Position numbers and translations under genes: made by a program. A stretch of 48,440 nucleotides of DNA from a virus (taxonomy: Duplodnaviria; Caudoviricetes), in the IMG/VR virus record IMGVR_UViG_3300037501_000009, positions 1 through 48,440 of that record; one strand, written 5' to 3'. Under the pieces are notes generated by a model that was not told where the DNA came from, made no database searches, and worked only from the letters and a program-made list of their open reading frames with translations. Below are positions 25,627 through 34,913 of this stretch, piece after piece; within the stretch, counting starts at the first letter, position 1; every line of letters starts with the position of its first letter.

Positions 25627-26240
25627 GGAGCGTTCCTCTTCGTAGGAAGCTAACTGTAGCGGACTTGGAGCACATGAACCTCCCGGAGAACATGTGGCGG
25701 TCCAAGGTTCAGTTCGTATCTGAGTTGGTTCGTCCTGTTGTCGAACGGTTCCTACAGAACATCGACCTTCACGTCACGCACGGGCATGGTCTTCTGGTTT
25801 CCGGTGCTCCGGGGATCGGAAAGACCGGTGTAGCGGCGTTGGTAGCGAAGGAAGCGCGTTGCCGAGGGTACTCTGCGTTCTTCATCACGGTCTGGGATCT
25901 TCGTGAGGCGGTCCGCAGTCGCATCGAGTTCGACGAGGACATGTCGGTCTTGGAACGTTGCCGTGAGGTGGACGTGTTGGTTCTCGATGGGCTTCGTTCC
26001 GATGACGCGAAGGATCCGTTCTTTGGTGCGCGAGCAATCGAGGAGTTGGTTGCCGGTCGCGGTGTTCGGAAGAAGATGACGGTTGTGACGACCCAGATGG
26101 GAAAGAATCTCCTCTGGCAGGAGTTTCGTTCGTTCATGAATTCGACCCGTGGGACCTTGGCGGTGTTCGTGATGGATGGTCCGGATCTTCGTCAGAACCA
26201 AGAGAAAGCCTTGGAGAGCGTGGTTCTGGGGAGAGGATGA
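25593..26240 (+). CDS. DnaC/IstB-like helicase loader ATPase (start uncertain)
   Basis: GAPGIGKT, VDVLVLDGL, VVTTQ, GPDLR. Confidence 0.85.
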   Translation: MEVRSGEAGPVGSVPLRRKLTVADLEHMNLPENMWRSKVQFVSELVRPVVERFLQNIDLHVTHGHGLLVSGAPGIGKTGVAALVAKEARCRGYSAFFITVWDLREAVRSRIEFDEDMSVLERCREVDVLVLDGLRSDDAKDPFFGARAIEELVAGRGVRKKMTVVTTQMGKNLLWQEFRSFMNSTRGTLAVFVMDGPDLRQNQEKALESVVLGRG

Positions 26241-26254
26241 GGGCGGAGGGGTAG

Positions 26255-27619
26255 TTGGACCTCGACAAGGCGTTCGTGTCCTCCCTCGTCTTCGGGGGGC
26301 CGGTTGCTCTCCGAAGGATGAAGGAGAAAGGGGCTTCCCCCGAGTTCGTAGCCGGAGAAGGTCGGAAGGCCCTCGACTTCGTTCTCGACTACTACGGGAA
26401 GTACGGAAGCGTACCGGACGCGAGTGTTGTTGAAGGTCGGACAGGGATTCACCTCGATCCTGCCCCTGCGCCTGCCGAGTTCTTCATCGACGAGATCCTG
26501 AACCGCAAGCTGCACGCTCGACTACAGAAGGCTGTTCTTCGAGTGACCGGTCTGTTGGAAGACACGAAGCCGGTCGAAGCGTATCGCGCCTACGAAGAAG
26601 AACTCCGGGAGATCCGTCAAGAGCAGGCAGTTCCTTCGAAGGTGGTCAGTCTTCCTTCGATGGCTCCGGAGGTTCTGGCCCTCTACGAGAAGATCAAGGC
26701 CGGTGAGACCGGCGTCTTGACTCCGTGGCCGACGATCAACGACCTGACGCTCGGGTTCTGGCCGCAGGATCTCGTCCTGTTCGTTGCCCGTCTCGGCATC
26801 GGAAAGACGTGGACGCTGATCTTGCTCATGCAGCATGCATGGGCGGTTAAGAAGAAGCGAGTGCTGTTCGGCACGACCGAGATGTCCGTCTTGAAGATCG
26901 CCTCGCGTTGGTTGTCTAGGCATCTCAACCTTTCGTACCGGGACCTTCGCAAGGGCACGCTCGGCGTCTTTGCCGAGAAGCGTCTGGTCGAGAGTGTTGC
27001 TGAGGTTCAGGGAATGGAGGGGTTGTACTCCGTCGGAGGCAACTTCGACTTCCGAATCGAATCGTTCGAAGCAGCCATCGATGAGTGCGCTCCTGATCTA
27101 GCGATCCTCGACGGTGCGTACCTCTTGAAGATGCCGGGCAAGGACCGCTTCGAGAGGGCATCTGAGGTTTTCAACGAACTGAAGCGTGTCGCGATTCGCA
27201 AGAACCTGCCCATTGTTGTTTCGATGCAGTTCAACCGCGATGTGAAGGCGAACAAGGCGAAGACCGTGAAAACCGAGAACATCGCGATGACCGATGTCGC
27301 CGGATGGAACGGAGACATGATCTTTGCCTTGGACCAGACGGATGAGCAGAAGCGCGACAAGAGGATGCGGATCTCTCCGTTGAAGTTCCGCGAGGGTGAG
27401 AACGGGGAGCCGTTCGAGATCAACTGGCGAATCGATGAGGGTAACTTCTCGGAGATCCCGAAGCCCGGATCGCAGTCGATGATGGACCCTGTTCTGGCGA
27501 TGGCAGGGCAGTCGCCTTCGGTTGCCGCAGCGGATGACTTCGATACGGGTACGCCTCCGGCGGCTGGCGATGGGAAGACGCCACCGAAGGATCCGAATCA
27601 GGAAGACGTTCCCTTCTGA
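26255..27619 (+). CDS. dnaB: DnaB-like replicative helicase
   Basis: ARLGIGKT, TTEMS, ILDGAYL, SMQFNR, KFREG. Confidence 0.9.
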   Translation: MDLDKAFVSSLVFGGPVALRRMKEKGASPEFVAGEGRKALDFVLDYYGKYGSVPDASVVEGRTGIHLDPAPAPAEFFIDEILNRKLHARLQKAVLRVTGLLEDTKPVEAYRAYEEELREIRQEQAVPSKVVSLPSMAPEVLALYEKIKAGETGVLTPWPTINDLTLGFWPQDLVLFVARLGIGKTWTLILLMQHAWAVKKKRVLFGTTEMSVLKIASRWLSRHLNLSYRDLRKGTLGVFAEKRLVESVAEVQGMEGLYSVGGNFDFRIESFEAAIDECAPDLAILDGAYLLKMPGKDRFERASEVFNELKRVAIRKNLPIVVSMQFNRDVKANKAKTVKTENIAMTDVAGWNGDMIFALDQTDEQKRDKRMRISPLKFREGENGEPFEINWRIDEGNFSEIPKPGSQSMMDPVLAMAGQSPSVAAADDFDTGTPPAAGDGKTPPKDPNQEDVPF

Positions 27620-27627
27620 GGTGACGC

Positions 27628-27990
27628 ATGATTGACCTGTCGAGTGTCCCGGACATCCTGAAGCACATGACCTTGGCGATCTTCAACACGAGGGGCGTGC
27701 GTGGTCGTGGTCAGAAAGGGAAGTTCTCTGCGGCGTTTGAGATTGCTAGGCACCGACTGGTCGAGTACGGCTACCTCCGAAAGGGGGCAGAGAAGGATGA
27801 CGCGAAGGAGTTTCCTCTGACCCCCGAGGGAATGAAGAGGGAGCAGGTGCATCGAAAGGAAGGCCGTCGGAAGGCTCTCCAGTTCGATGCCTTGTTCAAG
27901 AAGGTCTTCAAGGGAGAGAAGTCCGGAGACGAGAAGGGATCCGCTCAGAACGTGAATCCGGAAGACCGGAGAAAGTCGAGTGAGTGCTGA
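27628..27990 (+). CDS. hypothetical protein
   Basis: GAGGTG RBS, 120 aa. Confidence 0.65.
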   Translation: MIDLSSVPDILKHMTLAIFNTRGVRGRGQKGKFSAAFEIARHRLVEYGYLRKGAEKDDAKEFPLTPEGMKREQVHRKEGRRKALQFDALFKKVFKGEKSGDEKGSAQNVNPEDRRKSSEC

Positions 27991-28172
27991 TGAAGACCGA
28001 TCAGAAGAAGAGGCGGGAGTTCGAGCGTGTTCTCCTGTGCAACAAGTCTTGTTGCCCGGAGGCGGAGTTCCGACGAGACAGCGTGATGCTGTTGGATGAT
28101 GGGGTGAAGATCTGCCTTCGGAAGTCTGAGGCGATCAGACTGGCCGCAGAGATCCAGAAGAGGTTCAAGTAG
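27990..28172 (+). CDS. hypothetical protein
   Basis: TGATG overlap; CNKSCCP. Confidence 0.55.
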   Translation: MKTDQKKRREFERVLLCNKSCCPEAEFRRDSVMLLDDGVKICLRKSEAIRLAAEIQKRFK

Positions 28173-28174
28173 GC

Positions 28175-28468
28175 GTGTTGCACTGGCTCCCGTTTCTCGG
28201 CTGCGTCGGGTTTGTACTGATCCTGACGTGCAACGATGCGTTGAAGCCTGTGCGTGAGGTGTGGCCGAAGTTGCTCGGATGCGCTCAGTGCTCTGGGTTC
28301 TGGGCCGGGGTAGCAACATTCTTCTGGTTCGTGGCCCGAAAGGAGGCTCCGCCGGTTGGGCTTGCGGACTCGTTCGAGCAGACGGTTGTGGCGTCGTTTC
28401 ATGGTGGGGCGAGTAGCTGCGTGAGCTACGTTCTCTTCTGCTTCATCAAGTACGTGGGGAACCCGTGA
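28175..28468 (+). CDS. small membrane protein (DUF1360-like)
   Basis: Hydrophobic segments flanking LLGCAQCSGFW. Confidence 0.5.
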   Translation: MLHWLPFLGCVGFVLILTCNDALKPVREVWPKLLGCAQCSGFWAGVATFFWFVARKEAPPVGLADSFEQTVVASFHGGASSCVSYVLFCFIKYVGNP

Positions 28469-28629
28469 GGTACAGATGCGTAGCACGCGGGTCCGTTCTG
28501 CGGGGGAAGGTGGTCGTTCGCGAGAAGAGCTGGCCTAGAGGACGGAACGGGAACGGGTTGGTTGTGATGGATGGAACGAAGTTTGTTGTGCCTCTTCGAA
28601 CGCTGAGGCGTGTGGTGGATGAGAAATGA
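28465..28629 (+). CDS. small hypothetical protein (54 aa, not in ORF track)
   Basis: GTGA and ATGA overlaps with both neighbours; VRYRCVARGSVLRGKVVV...VDEK. Confidence 0.45.
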   Translation: MRYRCVARGSVLRGKVVVREKSWPRGRNGNGLVVMDGTKFVVPLRTLRRVVDEK

Positions 28630-29774
28630 ACGAGGGTGACGTTCGGTCTCTGTTGTCCCTGCTAGGGTGTCTGAAGGTCGGGCAGATCTCTCCGAAGGGA
28701 TGGATTCGTGCTTCCTGCCCGTTTGCTCCGTGGAAGCACGGAGGAGGTCACGACACCAACCCGTCCTTCGCTGTGAAGATCGAGCCTGACGGATCTAGTC
28801 ACTTTCGGTGCTTGTCGTGCGGGGTCAAGGGATCGTTGCAGACCCTCATCTGGAAGTACGAGAGGGAGATGGGAGTGGAGTTCCCGGATCTCCGTGCGTT
28901 GATCATGCGCGGGGAGAAGGTGAACCTGAGTCGGCTTCGGGAACGGATTGCTGCTGTTTCGTACTCGCCGAGACCTCCGGTGGAGATCGGTGGGATTTTC
29001 CTTCCTCGGTCCACGGTGGACCGCACGGCGTTGGATCTCTTGGAGCAGTCGAAGCCTGCTGTTCTTCCGGAAGAGTTGCTCGAACGTTTCCGGGGTCGGT
29101 TCTCTCCGGAGGCTCTAGACTACCTCCGTGGTCCACGTCCCAAGGGCCGCGCTCTGACGGATCAGACCATCGAGGAGTGGGAACTGGGATGGCATGAACA
29201 GGCGCACCGAGTTGTCATTCCTGTTCGTGACATGCGCGGGCAGTTGGTTGGTCTTACGGGGAGAGACATCCGCGAGTACGAGGTGTGTCCGAAGTGCGGT
29301 TCGTCTCTCGCCAAGAAGGGCCGGTGTCCTCTGTGCGACTGGCGACCGCCGCCGAAGTTCCTGCACGGAGACGACTTCAAGCGGGACTGGTACTTGTTCG
29401 GTGAACACAAGGTCGAGCGGCGTTCGGACGGCAAGGCCCACGGCATTCTGGTGGAGGGGTTCTTCGATGTGATGTGGCTGTGGCAGTTGGGCTACCGGAA
29501 CATCGTTGCGATGATTGGGTCGTACCTCTCGGTCATCCAGATCGAGAAGATGGTGCGGTGGTTCTCGCAACTGACAACGTTGACAGATGGGGACCCGGCA
29601 GGGGAGGAGACGGAGCAGCAGATCCACGCGGCGATGTCACCACGGATGCCTGTCCACTGCGTTCGTCCCCCGGAAGGATCGGACCCTGACGACCTTGACT
29701 TGGAGTTTCTGGGTCCACGTCTTCCCAGTCTTGACAACGAGCGTTCGACCTGTTATTCCGTTGGAGTGGAGTGA
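28626..29774 (+). CDS. DnaG-type primase
   Basis: Zn domain CPFAPWKH..PSF..FRCLSC; VVIPVRD..GLTGR; TOPRIM VEGFFDV, DGDPAG; inserted CPKC..CPLC. Confidence 0.88.
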   Translation: MNEGDVRSLLSLLGCLKVGQISPKGWIRASCPFAPWKHGGGHDTNPSFAVKIEPDGSSHFRCLSCGVKGSLQTLIWKYEREMGVEFPDLRALIMRGEKVNLSRLRERIAAVSYSPRPPVEIGGIFLPRSTVDRTALDLLEQSKPAVLPEELLERFRGRFSPEALDYLRGPRPKGRALTDQTIEEWELGWHEQAHRVVIPVRDMRGQLVGLTGRDIREYEVCPKCGSSLAKKGRCPLCDWRPPPKFLHGDDFKRDWYLFGEHKVERRSDGKAHGILVEGFFDVMWLWQLGYRNIVAMIGSYLSVIQIEKMVRWFSQLTTLTDGDPAGEETEQQIHAAMSPRMPVHCVRPPEGSDPDDLDLEFLGPRLPSLDNERSTCYSVGVE

Positions 29775-29777
29775 CGG

Positions 29778-30128
29778 ATGAGAGAGACCAAGATTGTTCG
29801 AGTGACGTGTGATCGGTGTGGGCGGGACTTCCCGTTGGACCCGATCACGGAGAACAGGAAAGGTCCTGCGTACCTGCTTCGGCTGGACGACCGTCCGGTG
29901 ATTCAGTTCGATGACCTGTGTTCCAAGTGCAACGAAGAGGTGAACAACCTCCTCTCGGAGATTGCTGACCCGGGTGGTGGAGGCCCGGCTCCGGATGAGG
30001 AGAAGGAAGGAGAACACGCAGCACAACCAACCCAAGGATCTGAGGAAAAAACCAAGACATCGGAGGAGCCGAAGGGTGTGAAGAGGCCCGACGGCGAGAA
30101 GAGTACCAAGGACGGGTACGACTTCTAG
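29778..30128 (+). CDS. small Zn-ribbon protein
   Basis: CDRC...DLCSKC. Confidence 0.65.
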   Translation: MRETKIVRVTCDRCGRDFPLDPITENRKGPAYLLRLDDRPVIQFDDLCSKCNEEVNNLLSEIADPGGGGPAPDEEKEGEHAAQPTQGSEEKTKTSEEPKGVKRPDGEKSTKDGYDF

Positions 30129-30146
30129 GAAACCAAGGAGGAGAAC

Positions 30147-31643
30147 ATGGGTAGCTGGTACGAGACTGGGTACGACGGGACGGCGAGGGAGGACGAGAGG
30201 ATCAGCCAGATGAGCGGTCCGCGCCGCTTCTGGCTTCCGAAGGGTGCGGAACGAGACATCGTGTTCGTGGACGATGAGCCGTTCGAGCAGAGCGGCCTCA
30301 CGAGGTAACTCGTGTTGAAGAACCGCGCTAACTCAGGGAATCTCTCGACGGGCCTTGCTCGACCCGGCGAGACAATCCTGAGCGAAGCCACGATGTTGTT
30401 GCTTGACTCCAGCAAGGTGTCTAGTAACATGATCCTCGATGGGAGGTCTTCGTGGAACGTGCAGAGACTATCCCGAAAGGGAGTAGGGGCCGAGCGGCCT
30501 CGAAAAGCGCGGGGTCCGGATGTGCTGAGTGCGGTAGCTCCGATGTTCGATGTCGAGGGCTTTGTTCGCGATGCTATGGTCGCTGGTGGGCAGCGAATCA
30601 TCGTGAGCGGGTTCGAGAACTCGGACGCGAGTGCTATCAGCGAAATCGAGCAGAGCGGCGCGAGAAGTGGTCGAAGAAGTATCGAACGGATGAGGACTTC
30701 CGAAGGAAGCACAAGGAGCGGGCGTTTCGGAACAAGTACGCAGGAAATGGATGGCGTGCTTTTCAGAGAGCAGGCTTCAAGTGCGAGTCATGCGGGTATG
30801 ACCGAATCCGAGAAGTGCTTGAGATCCACCACAAGGACGGAGATCGTTGGAACAACGATCCGTCCAATCTCGAATCGCTCTGTCCGACCTGCCACAAAGA
30901 ACGGCACTACGGATCGTGATATAGTCCGACCTTCCGGGCGACCGGAAGAGAGCGTGCGGAAGCGGCACGTTCGCAACATTAGTGGCTGCATCCACGAGCA
31001 CAACCCGCAGATGAACGGGTCGTGGCAGAACTGGATGACCTGCTTGCAGGGGGTGTTGGACAAGGGCGAGTCCATCCCGTGCTGCGAGATCCTCGGGATC
31101 AAGACCCGGTACTACGTCGGGTACTACACCGTCGTCGACTGTTCGGAGTACGTCGACAAGAAGGGCAACAAGCACCAGTTCGAACTGAAACTCTTGGGAG
31201 CGAAGTTGGACTCCATCAAGCGCCTGAAGAAGATCAAGGAGAACCACGGTGCTCTCGTGGGGAAGATATTCCGCCTGTCCCGTGTCGGAGCCAAGGCCCC
31301 GTCCATCGGTGACATGTGCGACTTCAAGCGCAACGTGGGTGACCCGGGGAAGCTGTTCCCCCTCGTGAACTACAAGGGGAAGAAGCTGACCGAACTCTGG
31401 GAGAAGGCGGCATCGAATCCCGACAGCCTCAAGGCCCTGATGCGGACCTTCCAGATCGCCGTGGGATCGGATGGGAATCCGATCCCCAAGCTGGTCCCCT
31501 TCAACTACATGGAGATTCTGAAGCCGATGGAGGCTTCGGACATGCGGGCTTTGCTCCGGGGGTCGAAGATCGAGTCCGGAGATGGCAGTGGTGGCGGCGG
31601 TGGTTATGGCGAGGCGAAGGCGGACGAGGAAGTTCCGTTCTGA
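30147..31643 (+). CDS. gp32-like single-stranded DNA-binding protein, split by a group I intron (exons 30147-30282/3 and 30985/6-31643)
   Basis: Joined frame RFWLP..DIVFVDDEP(F/C)CIHEH..TC..PCC..TVVD; acidic tail DEEVPF. Confidence 0.7.
30283..30985 (+). mobile_element. group I self-splicing intron (about 702 nt, junctions +/-1)
   Basis: P1 GCCGTTC/GAGCGGC; P AACTCAGGGAA; Q AATCCTGAGC; R GTGCAGAGACTAT; S GATATAGTCC; P3 CCGCGCT/AGCGCGG; P9 CTTCCGG-GCGA-CCGGAAG; terminal G. Confidence 0.9.
30452..30919 (+). CDS. intron-encoded HNH homing endonuclease
   Basis: CESC..LEIHHKDGDRWNNDPSNLESLCPTCHKERH; GGAGG RBS; TTGACT-16-TAACAT at 30403. Confidence 0.9.
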   Translation: MERAETIPKGSRGRAASKSAGSGCAECGSSDVRCRGLCSRCYGRWWAANHRERVRELGRECYQRNRAERREKWSKKYRTDEDFRRKHKERAFRNKYAGNGWRAFQRAGFKCESCGYDRIREVLEIHHKDGDRWNNDPSNLESLCPTCHKERHYGS

Positions 31644-31764
31644 GGCCGGATGAAGCGACCCTGCGGTGTACGTGACGCCCGTCACTTTGAAACGGGCGGC
31701 TCGTTCCCCGAGCTTGACGGCATCGCGGGGGTTGCGTGAGGTGATGGATGAATCGTTTCTCCTG

Positions 31765-32120
31765 CTACGAGTGCTTCGAGATGGAAAGCCGATAAGGAGA
31801 GGGACCCCGGTGGTTCATATCGGCCATCTTCTTCCGTGCCTCTTCCAGTTGTTGTCGGAGGTCTTGGTCCTTAGATCCGCGCCTTCTGATTCGTTCGGTC
31901 TTCTTGAGGAGGTCGAACTTGCATCGTTCGAGGGTTGTTCTGAGGTGAGGACCAACGTCCTCGATGGATCGGAGGATGGGGAGTACGGAGTTCAGAGTCC
32001 ATGCCCAAGCCTTACTGTGTGTCTTCTTCCGTGGAGGGACGTTTCTGATGCACCCTCCCCACCTCTTCAAGAAGAAGAAGGGTATCTCCTGATCTGTGTT
32101 GGTGAGGGAGATCAGTCCTC
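31765..32120 (-). CDS. probable minus-strand hypothetical gene (start uncertain)
   Basis: The minus frame has phage-like codons (AAG TTC GAC CTC CTC AAG AAG ACC); the + strand ORF here reads like its shadow. Confidence 0.4.
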
Positions 32121-32149
32121 TGGTGTGCTTCTTGGATCGAGGTGAACCC

Positions 32150-32368
32150 GTGATCGAGGTTATATCTGTCGTGCTGCACCCGGGGAAGAACAAGGCTGAT
32201 GTATTTGCTCGCGGACACGATGGGGTGATCCGGGAGATCGCCTTGTCGTGGCTGACACGGGTTCCCCGGGATCGCTTGCCTGACAACTGGCTTGAGGTTG
32301 TGGAGGGGGAGGTCGTTCAACAGATCGCGAACGACGCGGCAGAGAAGGCTGGACGGACGTTGTTCTGA
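32150..32368 (+). CDS. hypothetical protein
   Basis: GAGGTG RBS; TGATG coupling to the helicase gene. Confidence 0.55.
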   Translation: MIEVISVVLHPGKNKADVFARGHDGVIREIALSWLTRVPRDRLPDNWLEVVEGEVVQQIANDAAEKAGRTLF

Positions 32369-33741
32369 TGCGGGTAGTGGTGGATTCATGGGCGTGGTTC
32401 TCGGCGGAGTCCCTTGGGGAACTCCAGAAGGAGTCCCTGCGGCGTGCTCTCACCATCATGCCGAGGAAGACCGTCGACTACGGTGATGATGTTCGCCCAA
32501 TCCCGCTGTTCATCGAGGACCCGAATCGAGGATTCGGCGTTGCTCGCCAGTTCTTCTTCGCGAAGAAGACGGGGATCCATGACGTTGTTCTCAACGTCTC
32601 CGAAGGTGATAGGAGTACTTGGCCGGGGAACGTTGCGTTCACTGCTACGCTTCGGGACGAACAACAACAGGCTTTGGGGGTTGTGGCTGAGAAGATTCGT
32701 TCGGGTGAGATCGGCGGGATTGTTCAGGCACCCCCGGGGTGGGGGAAGACGGTTTTTGCGTGTGCTTTGATTGCTCACCTTCAGGTTCCCACGCTGGTCG
32801 TTGTCCACAAGAAGTTCCTGATGACGCAGTGGAGGGACCGGATTCTCGGTAACCCGGAGAAGAAGGTTCGTTCGTTCCTTCCGAATGCTGCGGTGGGTTA
32901 CGCACAGCAGAACGTGTGCGACTACCGAGGGAAGAACATCGTGATCGCGATGGTCCACTCTCTGGTTGAGCACCCCTACCCCCCGGAGTTCTTCGACTGG
33001 CCTGGACTGATCATCTTCGACGAGGTTCATCGTGTAGCGGCGCAGACGTGGAGCCGGGTGCCTCCGAAGTTCTCTTCTCGCTGGCGTATCGGTCTCTCGG
33101 CGACTCCTCGTCGGAAGGATGGTGCGGAGAACGTCTTCCGTTACCACATCGGTCCGGTCATGTTCGCGGGGAAGGAGCGGAGACTCGCTCCGGCCATCCG
33201 GCGCGTGTACACCACCTTCCGTGTGGTTCGGACGCCGATGTTCAATCCGTCGCTGATGAAGCACAACCTCTTGCTACGCTTTATGTGCGCGAACGAGACC
33301 CGGAATAAGCAGATTATCCAGCAGCTTGTCTTGGCGGTGTTGTCTGGTCGGAAGGTTCTCATCTTGAGCGAGCGGCTGAACCACCTCAAGCGCCTACAGG
33401 ACTTGCTGATCAAGTCGTGGCCGTCTGACAAGGGGCCGGTTCCGTCTATCGGATATCACGTCGGGGGTATGTCGGAAGATGACCTCTACGCGGCTACCGA
33501 GTGTAGGGTGATCCTTGCGACAGTTCAGTACGTGACGGAGGCTTTGGACATCCCCGCGTTGGACACGCTCTTCCTCGTGACTCCTCTTGCAGACGTAGAA
33601 CAAGCAGTTGGCAGGATTCTTCGACCTTTCGAGGGGAAGAAGAACCCTGTTGTGGTGGACTTCATCGATTCGCAAGTCCAGCAGTGCGTGTCGATGGCGG
33701 AGAAGCGGGATCGCCAGTACACAAAGATGGTGAGGCAGTAG
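32368..33741 (+). CDS. superfamily 2 DExH helicase (UvsW/ResIII-like)
   Basis: LRDEQ Q-motif, APPGWGKT, DEVH, SAT, LDIPALD, QAVGRILR. Confidence 0.92.
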   Translation: MRVVVDSWAWFSAESLGELQKESLRRALTIMPRKTVDYGDDVRPIPLFIEDPNRGFGVARQFFFAKKTGIHDVVLNVSEGDRSTWPGNVAFTATLRDEQQQALGVVAEKIRSGEIGGIVQAPPGWGKTVFACALIAHLQVPTLVVVHKKFLMTQWRDRILGNPEKKVRSFLPNAAVGYAQQNVCDYRGKNIVIAMVHSLVEHPYPPEFFDWPGLIIFDEVHRVAAQTWSRVPPKFSSRWRIGLSATPRRKDGAENVFRYHIGPVMFAGKERRLAPAIRRVYTTFRVVRTPMFNPSLMKHNLLLRFMCANETRNKQIIQQLVLAVLSGRKVLILSERLNHLKRLQDLLIKSWPSDKGPVPSIGYHVGGMSEDDLYAATECRVILATVQYVTEALDIPALDTLFLVTPLADVEQAVGRILRPFEGKKNPVVVDFIDSQVQQCVSMAEKRDRQYTKMVRQ

Positions 33742-33742
33742 C

Positions 33743-34510
33743 ATGGTTTGGAACTTCAAGGAGTGGTACGACAAGAACAAGAACACCTTCAACGAATCTC
33801 GCCGAAAGAGGTACGCCGAGGATTCGGAGTATCGAGATCGGATTCGCAACTGGAACAAGCGGGTCCACGAGGCGAAGCGAGAGAAGGCTCTCTCGGAGAG
33901 GAATAAGGAGAAGGCAGCGGTCAAGATCAAGCTGCGTTCTACCGCTCCTGTCCAGAGAGAGATCGACGGGCAGACTGTTGTACTGTTCCCCATCGGTGTT
34001 CTGGCGAAGGCGGTTGGTCGTGGTGTGCAGTCTCTCCGCAGGTACGAGCGTTCAGGCCGGATTCCGAAGACTCCGTACAAGGCGAAGAACGGGATGCGCC
34101 TGTACACAGCGGAGCAGATCGAGAAGATCCGCGCCATCCTGTCGGACCAGAACAGACTCGGCTCCCAGTCCTTCCGCCCGCACGGGATCCGGATGCCAAG
34201 GCCCTCGTTCGTTCGGTTCTCGGATGGGGTAGAGAAGAGCGTTGTCTTGTTCCGTGTCGGCTACCTTGCGCTTGCGCTTGAACGGACGGTCCAGTACGTG
34301 ACCCAGATGGAGGCGAAGGGCAGGTTCCCGGAGACTTCCCTCCGTTCTCACGGGCACCGCTTGTACACCAAGGAGATGATCGAGTCCGCCAAGAGCGTAC
34401 TCGATACCCTTGGTGGGACTCTTCGTGGTGGAAACCTCGAACGCTTCTCAACTTCGGTGAAGGATGAGTGGGTCAAGTTGGGGGTTGTGGGGGCCAAGGT
34501 TATTTCTTGA
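33743..34510 (+). CDS. tandem MerR-like HTH protein
   Basis: IGVLAKAVGRGVQSLRRYERSGRIP..RLYT, repeated in degenerate form. Confidence 0.7.
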   Translation: MVWNFKEWYDKNKNTFNESRRKRYAEDSEYRDRIRNWNKRVHEAKREKALSERNKEKAAVKIKLRSTAPVQREIDGQTVVLFPIGVLAKAVGRGVQSLRRYERSGRIPKTPYKAKNGMRLYTAEQIEKIRAILSDQNRLGSQSFRPHGIRMPRPSFVRFSDGVEKSVVLFRVGYLALALERTVQYVTQMEAKGRFPETSLRSHGHRLYTKEMIESAKSVLDTLGGTLRGGNLERFSTSVKDEWVKLGVVGAKVIS

Positions 34511-34535
34511 CTACAATGGCCTGTGATGGTACGTT
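34507..34535 (+). promoter_or_regulatory. sigma70-type promoter
   Basis: TTGACT-17-(TGG)TACGTT. Confidence 0.7.
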
Positions 34536-34570
34536 CGGTCTTGCTGTGATGGATGTCAGGAGGTTCTGAG

Positions 34571-34903
34571 ATGGCCGATCCCAAGGGGAAGCACGTCCGC
34601 GAAGCGAAGGCTCTTGTCACTCGCAAGTACATGAAGGGTGGTGAAGTCATCGACTCTTCCGAAAAGGAGGAGGTGCTGGAAGTTCGGGTGTTCGTGGTTC
34701 CCCCTGCGGAAGTCGCGTTGGGGTTGGGGTTGACCTTGAACCTCAGCAACTACGAGTCGGCCCGTGTGGATGTTCATCTTTCGGAACCGTGCTACACCGA
34801 GGAAAAGGACGAAGCCTACGATCACGCCGAGAAGTGGGTGAAGGAACGCATCCAGAGAGAAGTGACGGAGATCCGGAGTCACCGGTCCAACAGTCCGTTC
34901 TAG
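34571..34903 (+). CDS. conserved phage protein
   Basis: GLTLNLSNYESARVDV motif; AGGAGG RBS. Confidence 0.65.
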   Translation: MADPKGKHVREAKALVTRKYMKGGEVIDSSEKEEVLEVRVFVVPPAEVALGLGLTLNLSNYESARVDVHLSEPCYTEEKDEAYDHAEKWVKERIQREVTEIRSHRSNSPF

Positions 34904-34913
34904 GAGGAAGGTC

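Noticed and set aside
30312-30984. N-terminal half of the 443-aa ORF as real protein
   Set aside because: It is intron sequence that happens to be open; the true exon 1 starts at 30147.
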